A stretch of 64,000 nt of DNA. Source: Spongospora subterranea f. sp. subterranea (Eukaryota). The notes under the pieces were generated by a model. That model made no database searches. It was not told where the DNA came from and saw nothing but the letters and a program-made list of their open reading frames with translations. Both the position numbers and the translations under genes were made by a program. The stretch lies in assembly GCA_049724395.1 (NCBI GenBank), contig JAUGWO010000009.1:1-64000 (forward strand), in the 5' to 3' direction. How positions within the stretch are numbered: the first letter of the stretch is position 1; every line of letters starts with the position of its first letter. Positions 23,904 through 36,949 of this stretch are shown piece by piece.

Positions 23904-24435
23904 TCAGGCCTTTTGCGATTGGGGTGCACCGCCCTGTTGGGAGGCGCTGAAGATCTCCTGGATCTTCATCATCCTGTTCTTGGCGTTCTCCATCTCGGTC
24001 TGGTGCGAAAGGATCTCGCCGTCGACTTGTGCGACCTGCTTTCCCATGAATTCGATTCGTTTGTTGACGTTGGATTTGGCCTCTGACAGATCCTGCCAGG
24101 CAAAACCCAGGTTCAGCGCTCCCTTTCCCAAACCACGAATCTGGCGATAGTTTTACCTGTTTCGCCAAAATGGGCCCGAACATTTTATATACATTGCCGT
24201 CGCTTTCGCTTTTGATCAAATTTAATCTGTGCAAAAATTTAGGAACATCGTTCCGAACAATAAAATCAAGAGCTATAGCGGAGTACTCGTTCGCCACGTC
24301 TGTCGATTCTTGAATTTGCGCCATGAATCTTGCTTTTGTCTGGGCCAAAGTCTGCAGCTTTTGCGCATGGGTCTGCAGGGTGGTGTATTCGGCCTGGTAC
24401 TTCTTCTGAAATTCGTTCAACGCAGCCTGGTCCAT
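23904..24435 (-). CDS. PFDN6: Prefoldin subunit 6 (beta type), 3 exons
   Basis: Coiled-coil, then VYKMFGPILAKQ/DLSEAKSNVNKRIEFM. Confidence 0.85.
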
Positions 24436-24870
24436 GTTTGGACCCGATTCCTGGCGATATCGGGCGGTGTCGGTTCGCAGGTTGTCGGTGCGCGGCAATT
24501 GTCCACCCCGAACATGACCAACACTCTCGGCGCAAACCCAGTCAGACTCTAGCCGCGCAGTCGCAGCCCTTCACATAAGTCGGGGTTCGCGAGTCGAATT
24601 TGTCGGTCGCTCTTTAGGTAGCGGGACCTCTTCCGCTCACGTCCCGTGGGATAAGTTGCGTCACGTGGCGCAATCCTGGACGAGTTAAGATCAGGACCGA
24701 AATAATTGATGGGGTCATGCGTTGATTGAGAACGATCTTACGTCTTAGTAAAATGACGGTACTCGTCTGCTTTCAAGTCCAAAGCGACCGCGACTGATGG
24801 ACTCTTTCGTCAATCAAATTCGATCTCACAAACTCATCTGCTTTTGTTCGAGTGAGGTCTCGGTAAAGCA

Positions 24871-25257
24871 CATTGCGAGCGTCTTTGTACGCATCGGTCG
24901 CTGCCTCAGCCTTGGCATCCGCCTGTTTGTACAGATCTTTTCAAAGCAACATTGTCAAATGAAAGTATACCTCAATCAATCAAGTGTGATTCGATTTAGA
25001 TCGAATAGAGTGTCTGTCAAGCACTCTCCACTGCAGCTAGCCATCGCTAATCTATTCTGACTAAGATATGGATAGCTAAACCCTGATGGTGTCCAACTTT
25101 ATAAAGACCAATCACAGGATTTATCTATCCGTCAGATCATATTAGCGATAGCGAACGCACGTAAGCCGACCTAAACCGAATCACACAGATTTGGCAATGT
25201 CGTCTTTGAAGATTTGTACAAACAGGCTACAGTATGCTTACCAAGACGCTCGCAATG
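24871..25257. repeat. Degenerate foldback (imperfect palindrome), possibly a MITE relic
   Basis: CATTGCGAGCGTCTT and GCCTGTTTGTACA..CATTG(T/C)CAAAT recur as reverse complements at ~25188-25257. Confidence 0.7.
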
Positions 25258-25716
25258 CAGGAATCAGCGCGCCAGAACTAACGAATCTGCGCGAAAACCG
25301 CGTCCGCGATGACGCTGTTGCTGCCGTGACTTAGCCGAGGGTACCTAGTTACCCCTGCCCTGCCGCAGGTATTGGACGTTCGCCGATTCGCACATGATCT
25401 TTCAATGACTCGAATTGCTTTTGTTGCGGATCATGTCGTTTTTCTATCGCCACGGTGGTCTATTGACCCATTCATCTCCTGATGAAGCTCCGTAGGAAAC
25501 AGCTCCCACATACTCAAATTTGCAATTATGGAAGCCATATAAGAAAATTGTAGTCTATAATTGAAGCATTCCTACATTTTTGGTGTTTTCAGAACACGTT
25601 TACGGGTCGTTTTTCACAGAACAATGAGAGGTACTGACGTGAGGTGGTTTGAGTAACCCCACGGGTGTGTATCTGGGAAAGTCCATCTTGGCCGTTCAGG
25701 GACTTTGCATGAACTA

Positions 25717-27240
25717 CCAAGTTTCTATGGATCGTCGTGACGAGAGAGTCCAGTCGCCTGACCCCGTTCTTGATTCTACAGTAACGCCAGAGAAAACCAG
25801 CACCGGCCGTTCGATTACGTCGTCGCGTCGGCGTCCACTAAAAAGATGCAGTTTCGAAAATGGAGTTCCCTCTCCAGCATACCCCCCAAAGTACCCTCCC
25901 GAAGAATCAAACGAAGGATATTGCTACTGTTTTGGCCGAAATGCAAGTAAATCAACTTGAGTTTGACCGCCAGAAATTGGAGAGAAAAATGGCTTTACAG
26001 GAAAAACTGCCGCGAGAAGCAATAAATTGTGAGGTCTGCCTGCTTGAGACTGGCCACCATGTTGGCTTTGGTAGCCAGTGTTGCTAAAAGTGTTTGATCT
26101 TCCCGCTTCTGGGCTTCGATCGCGGCCAGTTTTTCCTGTAAAGTCATTTCTCTCTCCAGTTCCTGGCGGTCAAACTCAAGTTGATATACTTGATTTTCGG
26201 CCAAAACAGTAGCAATATCCTTTTTTTGATTCTTCGGGAGCGTACTTTGGGGGTATGCTGGAGACGGAACTCCATTTTCGAACTACATCTTTTCAATGAA
26301 CGCCGACGCGACGACGTAATCGAACGGCCGGTGCTGGTTTTCACTGGCGTTACTGTACAATCAAGAACGGGTTCAGGCGACTGGACTCTCTCGTCACGAC
26401 GATCCATAGAAACTTGGCTCTCAGAAGCATTGTTCAGCGAGTGGGGATCGTCAATATCTTCCTCTTCAGCGTCATAAAATTTTTCGGATTCGATATCACT
26501 CTCTGACGAAAGAGTTTGGCCAACGCTTGAGATCGTGTTAACAACTGGCTACCTACGCCTGGAACATTTCCTAATTCAACAACAGCGGATGGTGCAATAT
26601 TCTGCCGGTGACCAAATAATGCGTCCTTTAGCGAGTAAAAAGGACATTGCGCCTCGAGCTTATCCTCAATTGTGAGGATGTCTTTGGCTCTGTATTTGTC
26701 GTCAACGCCCCATCCGGTTTATGACCGTTCTTTTCTGGTTTTCTTGTACAGTTTCCAGTAACTGTTATATCTGCTCTTAGCGTCCTCACGGGACCAGTGC
26801 CGGTCCTTTTGATTAATCATGGAATTGACAAAAGGCACCACGGCTGTGAACCTTTCGTTTTTTTTTTGTAACTTCTGGCCAGCAACCATTGCCTTTCCCT
26901 GGGCGGCTCCTCCTGTGACAAACAGGAAATTCTCAGGACTTGCCAAAAACGTCACTATTGCAACGATCTCGGTTTTGCTGGAGCGTTTGCGACTTGCGAC
27001 CGATGGTGGAGACCTTTCCTGGCATCGTTTTCTCAATTGATAATCCAAAATCTGCGCCCAGGGGAAATCCGAATGCCCATCAGCGTGAAATAAAACTGCC
27101 AGCATGAAATCTAAATTTAACTCTGCGCTGTTGTCGCGATCCATCAAATTCGAGTTAAAATTCGCATTCGCGGAAGTCCCGGGTCGCGGCCCTGCCCATT
27201 TTGAGTCCATTTTGAGCAAAATGCCTACAGTACACATCGA
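25717..27240 (-). pseudogene. PIF/Harbinger-type Myb/SANT-like accessory gene relic with an inverted duplicate of its 3' part
   Basis: HWSREDAKSRYNSYWKLYKK, in-frame stop, TGWGV..KLEAQCPFYSLKDALFGHRQNI. Region 25717-26020 is a near reverse complement of ~26113-26417. Confidence 0.6.
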
Positions 27241-27599
27241 AATAGGTTTGATACCCCCTAATCTGTTTAGATTGAAATTGGAGTGAATTTAGTACGAAGT
27301 GTGTTGATACTGTACATTTTGGTTATCATATCATACGACTGGAGATACAATAACGATTTTGTTATGAATTGTTGGGAATTTGATCAGTTACGAATTGCTG
27401 GCAGCGATTCCATGTTCTTGTCACTTCAACAGAGAGTCAACTCATCGCCCGATTAATTTGTATATCAATATCGGCGCTCGACTCTGCAATTCTGCCTCTG
27501 TTTACGGTTTGTTGAGTTGATCAAAGAAATTGACACGGTTCCGGAAAGGGGAACTCAACCGTTCATTTTCCGTAGAAAGCTCTTCAGGAGTTAGTAAAA

Positions 27600-28630
27600 C
27601 GCAAATGGCTTTCGATTTGATTGAAGCGTTCAAACCTTCTAATCTGTTCGCGACGCCAGTACTCAATAATGCCCAAAACAAAAACTATCGTGAATCCCGC
27701 TATCCATCACATAGATTCAGTTATGGGGGATCTGAAAGATATCATGGACGTGACCACCGAAATGACTGCCAATGAAAATCTGCTTTTGCTTTTGGTTTTG
27801 TCTTTGAGCGGGGCTCTGATTCGAGATTATTTCAACTTTGATCCGTTAACTACATGGTTAGTAGAAAGATCCAACACTTGAGATGGGACAGACCAGTAAT
27901 GACGTTGGACGATTATCGATTACAGATGATCGGGGTCCCTGCTGCTCGGCTGATCCGGAATGTCATTGGTTGCCTCCGGATCCCAGTAATCCTAGTAGGC
28001 CCTGATTTCCGGGCAGCAAATTTGAGGTCGTTATCTTGCCACAGCTCATCAGACTCTTGAGTGGGTGCCATTGTGTTTGGTTGCTTTTTCCAGTTCATCA
28101 ATCTTTGTGGGACTTTCCCAGCTGTTCATCTTTCATTGGCAAAGGTTCTCGTATGCTGCCGAATATATCGTGTCGAATCCGCCACCTTCGTACGAGAAAC
28201 TGATGCCGCCTAATTTGATCCTCTTTTTGAGGCAATCTGTATAGTCCCTTGATTGCATCGATATTAAGGAAATCAATTGCATCTTTCTCGGCACGGTGTC
28301 ACCCAAAAACGGATATGATGAGTTGACAAATAGACGAACCTGCCCCAGGGACAGAACAAGTCAATCACACGGCAACATTGTGATGGCTTAGAGTCTGATG
28401 AGCTGCAACAAGATAACGACCTCAAATTGACGGCCCGTAAATCAGTGCCGAATCAGATTACCAGGACTCGAGGGGCGTCGAAAGACATTCCTCATTAACC
28501 GAGCGGCAAGGGCAGTAATCGATACTCGTCCAAGATCATTACTGGTTCTTCTCGTGGTGTTGGAGCACATTACCCGCATTGGCGGATCAAAGCTGAAATA
28601 ATTGCGAACCAGAGCTTCAACAAACCAAAC
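27600..28630 (+). pseudogene. Probable Harbinger-like transposase relic with an inverted duplicate
   Basis: Broken ORFs divergent from the Myb-like relic. ~27790-28075 recurs inverted at ~28375-28630. The transposase assignment rests mainly on context. Confidence 0.4.
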
Positions 28631-28649
28631 GTAAAAAGGTTATCGTTGG

Positions 28650-28900
28650 AAGGGGATTGAAGATGGCGAATCCGCCAGATCACAAGGAAATTAGAATTAC
28701 GTGAAAAGGGGATTGAAGATGGCGAATTCGCCAGATCACACGGAAATCAGAGTTGGGAGAGCGAAACACTTGCAGTAAGTGAGTAGTTCCATTAGACCAG
28801 GGACAGTAGGCCAATATAAATTGATGCTGACCATGATGCAGAAGACTTAGTTCGACAATTACAGTAAAACCCAATGAAATCCATTGCCGGGCACCGATCT
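28650..28900 (-). mobile_element. Gypsy integrase fragment with a ~55-bp tandem duplication
   Basis: HQFILAYCPWSNGT resembles the HHFTLAYCPWSNGTVE integrase motif. AAGGGGATTGAAGATGGCGAAT occurs twice (~28650 and ~28706). Confidence 0.6.
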
Positions 28901-29049
28901 ATAAGCAACTTTTCACCTATTGAACCACCCGCAGAGGCACAACTATGTACAGCCATCGGTTCAACACCGGGTTTTTTAATTCTTGATAAAAATTAAACAT
29001 GTCGCCACGAGCAACTAATGTATACTCTAAAGTAGCTCAAAATTGAAAC

Positions 29050-29475
29050 GCAACAACATGATTACAAATGAATGACCTGATTTCATCAGAACCATGATGG
29101 CAAGTCCGAAACCTTGATGAAGGCAATGGAGAAAAAAGATCTCACCTTCAGCTCCACAAAATTCCAGAAATTCTTCAGCGCTCATCACAACGAACATTAA
29201 CACAAAGTCAACAAATGATCTCGATCTGTAACTGATTCATCGTTGCCCCCGTCGCAGCTTTCCTGATAGAATGGAAGTTTCTCATTTTGCTATATGCGTT
29301 CAAAGGCAACTCTCAGGTTGGCTTCATGGTGAATAAAAATTCATATTGGATAACGTTGTTTGGCATATTAACTCATGTGTCGCAAAGTCAAAAAGACGAA
29401 GACCGATTTTTTTCAACGGAGGCGCTTTTCGACAACAAAATTCACATTTTGAGGGCAGGAGCATCTCAGAAATGA
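29050..29475 (+). mobile_element. Possible pogo/Tc1-like transposase relic
   Basis: Weak resemblance: LTFSSTKFQKFFSAHH to the CENP-B HTH end, and LYAFKG..EALFDNKIHIL to the DDE_1 region. Confidence 0.3.
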
Positions 29476-32400
29476 GAATCTAAGACAGGACAGCACAGAA
29501 AGATGAGAGAAGAACAAAGGGATGAGAGAGAAAGAGCAAGACGAAGGAATGCAGTCAGGCGGGGAGTTAATCAAAGAATGAAACCATCAATCGGTTCCCA
29601 CTAAAGCACATAGGACTGCCGTTCTTTCAAATGGCATTTCAAAAGGTCACTTGAAAACGCTTTATGAATGCAAAACGTGTTTATAAAAAATATCGTTCGC
29701 CTATTATTGAAAAAGTGAACGTTTACGATGATCTTTGCAAAGAGACGCTACGGTTGTAATCCACATGGGATTTTTGGTAAAAATTTGAACTGGAGTCGCC
29801 ATTTGGAGGATTACAGTTGGACGAAAATAACGACGAAGATGGGATAAAGATGACGTGATAAGACCACCAGCTCGATACGCCGGATGAAGAAACAGAGACA
29901 TATTTTGCCCGATACCACATCAATAGGTTGGGGCGAACACCATCACTTTTGAATGAGCGACCACGAAACGAATTCAATTCCTAATATGGGCTTGTGAATT
30001 TGGTGTCCCGGGTGACTCGCTCATTCCGTGAAAGCCGAAATGGCGACATCCATCTGACGCCAAAACCCGTGGAAGAGTGTACAGTGTCCACACTCGACGA
30101 CTCAACGATCTCCACCTTTCTGGTTTGTGGGCGTAACCAACTGTGCAGATCGTGCCATATCAAACATGCTTGCACGAGAACAGACCACGTTCAGAAACTA
30201 ACAGCGGTGAGAGAGGAAATTAATGCAGATAGAAAAAGTTCCATATGAACCCGGATGCAAGATGGAGAGATTGCCAACAGTTGCTCTTCTATCAGCCCAG
30301 CCCTTCACCATTTCTTAAGACCATTTGCGTTTTGGGGGTTGATCGTAATAGGTAATCTATGGACAAGTGATTTCCTGAACGTGCTCACACAAGGATCAAG
30401 TCCAGGGCTATCGGCACTCGTAACTCATGTCCTACCCGTATGTGTACTCCGCCACTTGGTACATCAGTGGACTCGCCGTACTCCGTACAAACGTGCCATA
30501 ATCGGCGAAAACAGAGTTGTCAATCTTTACACACCGAGGATCTCGATCGGGCCGACTATGCCTGCATCGTTGATCCGATCGTCTGACGGTTATAACGAAA
30601 ATATCGCCCGGAATTATTTTCGTCTTGAACGCCCCTTGACTCCTCCAATCCCGTACTTTTCCTCTCCATTTAATAGTAGCGTGTCGCCTCCCATTCCCCT
30701 AAGTCTCTCAGGAGGACCCCTAGTCCTCACCGACACAGGTATGGCTCGCTTGGCATCATGGAACCCAATCTTGAATATATGTTTCTGGCCGGCGATTTGA
30801 CCCTAATTGGGCTTTCACGTTATTCATTGCCTGTTAGTCTCTCTCGTTACCTGATAGTGTCGGTGGTATCATAGGTGGTGGCCCTTCACGGCGTCTGACG
30901 CAGAACGATCGGCCGGCGTCCGCAAATACGACCAATGCGGGAGGATTGAGACTCACGATCACGAAACACAGGTGGAGGCAGGTCTCAGAATTCGTCAACG
31001 GCGACATTCCAGTATTGCGGTTCATTCCTAGGAAAAAGGGCGCAACTCTCATTGTCGTTTTTGAGTAGATCATTGAGATTAGGCCATATAATAAGTCGGA
31101 TGGCAAACGCTATATCTACGTTCGGGTTGAAGGATCCGGCTACGATTCCATGAATGTCAAAGCCAGATTTAGGTTAAGGAAATCGGCTACTGGTGAATGG
31201 CTAGGTTTGGATCAGTGTCGCATTCGTGAACTTTCGCCAACATGCAAACTAGGTTATCTTACTCGGGCATCGACGGAAATCCCTACGAACCCGTTGTTCA
31301 CAAATCTCCTGCTGTTCGACGTCGAAATATCCGGTATTAGCTATGCAATGATGTCTCATAATATTTTTGCCTTTATCAACATTGTATTGCAAAAGGCAAT
31401 TTGACATTATTTGTCAGCGAACCGATTTTGAAACGGCTCGATGCAGAAAATAATGGGCGTTGCAATCCTCCTCCAAGAGACCATGAATTGGAGATGGTTG
31501 TAAGCACTTTGAACTTTCAGGTTTGGTTGCGCTGCCTGAATTTACATGAATTTCAACGTCCGTTTTCTTTCTTCAGGGACAATTCCAGGATATTGCTGTT
31601 CTTCCTTTTTTCCGGATCAAACGAAGGCACAAACGAACCGAAAAGGAAAGTGGAATTGAGGAGAATGATTTCCCAGAAACAAAACGGCCAAAGCCGGTCT
31701 TGCCGGAATCAGACACCCAAGGTGTTAAATGACAATCTGGCAAATTACGTTTCAGCTAATTTCTGGCGTTTAGATGATGACCGAACTGTACTGAAAATTG
31801 CTCATGCAGAAACATCGATGCCGCTGTCAATCAAAGAAGAGTGCTTGGGGCTTCCCTTGTTCACTGAAACAGACATTGCTACAATTGATTCTTTCCTGCT
31901 GCTCTCGGTTGATGCAGAATCCCAGTTTGCTCCGTTCTCAATGAGGAGTTGATACCATCACCCAGTCGAATTTTGACCAATAATACAAATACATGCTTCC
32001 CACGTCGCTGATAACTTCAACGAGGGCAATTTGCTGGGCAATCTTACTGTTTGTGTTTAGATTACCGTCAACCACACCAAATAGCATATACATGATTCAA
32101 ACACAATACCACGAATAATCTCTCGAGGAATGACACAGTGATTGACGACTATGACTGTCAATTCGCCCCCCGCTGAGCAGTGATTATTGCCGATCATCGT
32201 ACGCTCATTCGGCGTTTCATCAACACCAAAGAACCTGCGCCTGTGTAAACCCCACAAAACTGCGCCACCGGTCTGTGTACGTAATCACAGTGTTCCCCAT
32301 TGTGGAACGTGACTGCGAAACGGCCTCATCATCATAAGTCCAGTCAGCCTCCATCCAGGAATAGCCCGGAGTTTGCATTACTTTTCGGTGTTTGGACAAT

Positions 32401-32476
32401 AACCCCGAAGCTCACAGTTAGTTATCTTCACGCTCCATCATCCTCCCCGAAAGCGGATCAGTTAGCCGCGCCCCCA

Positions 32477-35400
32477 ATGGCTGCACCGCGTCCTGTTGAT
32501 ATTCTGCCGATCGTCCACGTTGGGCCATCGGCTGCCGATATTGCCGGTCGCGTGATTGCCGCTGATCCAATCAAACAAGCTCAGGCGCAAGCACAAATCG
32601 TCTATGCTGCTCATCAGAAGCAAGGTAACATTTTAACGGTTGCCGGCCAAGGCGCTCTTATTCATTATTTATATTTCAGCCAGTGCTGCAATGATGGCCT
32701 CTTCTGAGGCCGAAAAGGCTGCCAGCGGTAGTTCTGGCTCTCCAAAGTCTGGCAATGTCAAGGTTACTGGATTTGGAATTGTCAAAGCGGTTCCATCCGC
32801 TGATACCATTGTAAGTTTTTGTTTTTCGATTGTCTCCTGCTATTCAAGTAATTTTTAGATAATTACCGGCTCCGGTCCCGCTGACCGCCCTCCTCCAGAA
32901 AAGACATTGATTTTGTCCGGTCTGGTTACTCCAAAGCTGTCTCGCCGTAAAGACACTCCTGACGAACCTTATGCGTTCCTTGCTAAAGAATTCCTTCGTA
33001 AATTGGTCATTGGCAAACGCGTTAAGTTCACCGTCAACTACGTTCATGAATCCGGACGTGAGTTCGGTTCGGCTGAGTTAGAAGGCGTCGGCGATCTTGC
33101 TGAAGCTATCGTGACGAATGGATGGGGTAATTGTGTCGCGTTACTTCTGTTTACATTCGCGCTGAATCCTATCAATAGCTAAAGTGAAGGTTGGTAAGGA
33201 GAACGGCAACGGCAAGGGTAAAGATGCCGGGAAAGTCAAGCCGGAACAAGAGGCTATTTGCGCCTTGGAACAGGCCGCCATAGAGGCCAAGCGAGGTATT
33301 CATTCTGGCAAGACCTCATCAAGTGTAACCAGAGTGATGGAATATTTGACGTCTCCGACCGAAATCAAAGACTTTTTCAATGAAAACCGTGGCAAACAAC
33401 TGTCATGTATAGTCGAACAGGTTCATCTCCTTTAGCTGTTGCCGTTTCAATTTTCAATTGTAATTTTTAGGTCCGAGAAGGTTCGTCATTACGAGTTGAG
33501 CTCCCTGGTCAAACTCATAAAATTTTTGTTATCAATTTGGCTGGAGCTCAATCTCCTCGCATTCCTCCTCCTTCAAAGAATGGTTTGTTGACCTGAAGCC
33601 AACAACAGTTACTTGCTTACTCTTCTTTATTTAGGGTCCAAATCTCCAGAAAAACCTGAACCATTTGCTGTCGACGCACAATACTTCACAGCTCAACGTT
33701 TGTTGAACCGTGATGTGACAATCAAAATTGTTGGATGTGACAAATTCAATAATCTTTTTGCAACCGTCTGTGTTACTCAGGTATGGTTTTCCGGCAATTG
33801 TTGTAAATTGGTAATTAATTTTTATCAGGGTGACATCGCTGTCCTTCTGCTATCCAAAGGTCTTGCGAAGTATATCGATTGGTCTGCGAGCTTAACTCCG
33901 TCGAAAGCGGAATTGCAAGCCGCGGAAGCTGAAGCAAAGTCGCAGAAACTGCGCCTTTGGAAGAAATTTGATTCCTCAGAACCCATCGTAGATACTCGTG
34001 GCAAGCAATATAATGGAAAAGTTATTCAGGTACTGTTTCTGTCTGCCAGAATGTTTTTCTATAACTACCTTCCGTGATAGATTGTGAGCGGAGATACCTT
34101 CGTCGTTGAAGATGCGTTGAAAAAGGAACACCGACTTGCATTGGCGTCCATCCGTGCCCCTCGCATATCGTTCAAAGATCGTCCCAGTGAGCCCTGGGCC
34201 TTTGAATGCAAAGAGTACCTACGCAAAAAGCTCATCGGCAAAAAAGTATGTAGGCATGGACATTCAGGGTGGATGTTTTTGACATCAGATTCCAGGTGAA
34301 AGTGCAAGTGGAATATACCAGAACGGCTCCTGCTGACTCAAAAGGCCAAGAGGCGAGGGTGTTCGTAACCCTCTTTCAGGGAAAGGACAATGTCGGGGAA
34401 TCGTTGGTCAGCCAAGGATATGCGTCGGTTACTCGTCACCGTATGGATGAAGATAGAAGTGAGTTTTACGAAGCTCTACAGACAGCTGAGGAAAAAGCCA
34501 TTCAGGTTGGTGGTTCTCCTACTATCCCTGTTTTGCAATTGTCCATTATCGAATAGGCCAAAAAAGGAGTCCATGGCGGGGAACCTCCAGCTCACCCGGA
34601 GCCCTACATCGATCTCAGTGAGAGGATCCGTGTCCCAGAGAAAGGGGCAACCGAGGATCAGCTCAGAAGGTCTCGCGATCTAACTGTAGGACGCATTAGA
34701 ATAGTTTGTGAAGTGATTCCTCATGATGGTGCTCTCAGGTTAAAACCAAACAGTTTTTCTCCACGATACAACGCCTTGGTAAGGTCAAGGCTGTTGTTGA
34801 ATATGTTTTCAACGGAGGGCGTATCAAGCTCTTTGTTCCAAGTCAAAATCACGTTTTCACTTTCATGCTTTCCTGCATTCGGTTGCCAGCAGCGTCACAT
34901 GGCGAATCCGCTGATCCTCTGTCCATCGAGGTTCATCAGCCCTCGTTCTTTTTAATTCGCCATCTGACTCATAAGTTTAGGCAACCGAATTTATCAAGTC
35001 AAAAATCTTTCAACAGGACGTTGAAATTCAAGTTGAATCCATGGATAAAGGTCCTGCTGAGTTCAGCCTGCAATCAGCACGTGTATACTCATCTCCAAAC
35101 GTTTCTCAGGCGATAACTTCCTTGGCTCATTGTTCTTCGAACGCAAGAATCTCGCATTATTGTTGCTTGAACGTGGTTTAGCTCGTCTGGTGCATTACTC
35201 CGCCGAACGAAGCCCTTACAGCCAGGAACTGATGCTGTATGAGAAAGCAGCCCAAAAGGTACTCTGCATGAGATCAGCATTTGTTTCAACATTCTTTCAT
35301 TTTCCTTGTTATATCCGGCTGGTGGTCAGCTTATTCTTATTCTCTCTCGTCTCAGATACGTGTTGGGGTCTGGGTCGATTATGATCCCGAAGCTGAAAAG

Positions 35401-36460
35401 AAGAAAGCGGATGAGCGGGAAGCTGCGTTTAAAAAACAGCGTGAAGAGGAAAACCAGGCGAACGCAGCAGCAGCCGTAAATATCGTGACATCATAGTTTC
35501 ACCATGTAGCACCAACCTTGATCATTATAGCAACAACAGAAGGAAATGATTGTCACTGTGAGTGAAGCGTTCGACCCGTGCAATTTCTACTTCCAGAAAC
35601 ACGAAGACCCGGCCCTCGTCAAGATTCAATCTGCCTTGAAAAGTCTCCCGGCTTATCACAAATCCGATGATTTCCTACCGCATAAAGGCACAGGTCGCCC
35701 AGCGTGCCTTGAGTTTTCTTATAGTATCTGACGTTGGAGCACAGTATGTCTTGCGCAATTTGACGATGGCACATGGTACCGGGCCAAAGTTGAGAAGAAC
35801 ATCATCAAAGGTTTATACCTTGTCAATTTTTTCGATTACGGTAATCGTGGCGAGGTAATCTTTGGATAATGTGTTTTGATCCGATAAGTTCGCCAATGCT
35901 CTTCCTCAGGTGACCAGCGTGCGGCCAATTCCTGAAAACGTCCCAGCTTTCAAAACTCCTCCTTGTGCTCATGCGGCGACGCTGTCGGGGATCAAAATCT
36001 CCCAGGATTACGCCAATTACGCCATCGAACTGTTCCAGGAACAGGTGGGATGATGCTTGACACAAATTGGTGCAGAGTTGTTTTGACAATTCAGTTCAGG
36101 TGTGGGACAAGGTTTTAACAGCCCATGTTGACACGATCGACCGTGACAATGGCAAGGCGCATGTGACACTATACACTGGCGCAAACGAGAAGGAAAAGGC
36201 TTCAATGTAGACCCATTTCATTTTTTTTTTCTTTTTTCTGACGAGTTGTCCAATTTAGATCGGTTAACGAAGTACTATTGCGGTCTGGTGCTGTGCGTGT
36301 CCCAAGCCGCCCAAACCGCGCGTTGCGCAGTGTGATCGATAAGATGAAATCCGCTGAGAAGGTGGCCAAAGAAGGGCACAAAGGCATCTGGGAATATGGC
36401 GACATTTCCAGTGATGAAGATGAAGATAACGCAAAATCCAAAGACAAGCTTCGCCGTTAG
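32477..36460 (+). CDS. SND1: Tudor staphylococcal nuclease (p100), many exons
   Basis: GIVKAVPSADTI, DEPYAFLAKEFLRKLVIGKRV, PEPFAVDAQYFTAQRLLNRDV, EPWAFECKEYLRKKLIGKKV, Tudor AQFDDGTWYRAKV..FFDYGN, terminal GIWEYGD. Confidence 0.96.
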
Positions 36461-36949
36461 TTCGGTTTTCGAAATACATTCTGTTTGAACATATACTAAT
36501 GAAGAGAATCTAAGCTCGTCACAACAATTCATCATTGCAATAATCGTTTACTGATATTCTTGAAAACATGGAGGCGAATCTTGGCTGTCTGTGGAAGAGA
36601 CTGTTCTAAACAAATCGTTTCATTCAATTGAGTCCGCCAGTTTTATCGGCTTTTTTCTGCAACGCGCATCGTGATGAGCGCAATCTACAAGCTGGAGGTC
36701 TCACATTTTGGTTCGTCCTTTCTCATCTTCCTCGATCCCAAATCTTGAACGATTGCTCCAGTTCGATCCTGGGTGTCAGAATAAACTCAAATTCCCTTAT
36801 CTGGAAACAGTTTTTGATCGAAACTTGTCACTGATCTGGGGGACTCACAACTTGTTGGGTTTGCACACCCCCATCTGTACTTTCAGAAAAATTGTTCGGC
36901 GTTTTTGGGGATTGTCAAATCGTTTGCTGCGATTTTCAATGTTGTTTTA

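Noticed and set aside
30255..31952. 181- and 183-aa ORFs and a possible chromodomain near 31050
   Set aside because: No convincing motif; probably TE debris.
32477..36460. Functional clustering of Tudor-SN (RISC-associated) with the foldback relics
   Set aside because: Proximity is easily coincidental and nothing in the sequence links them.
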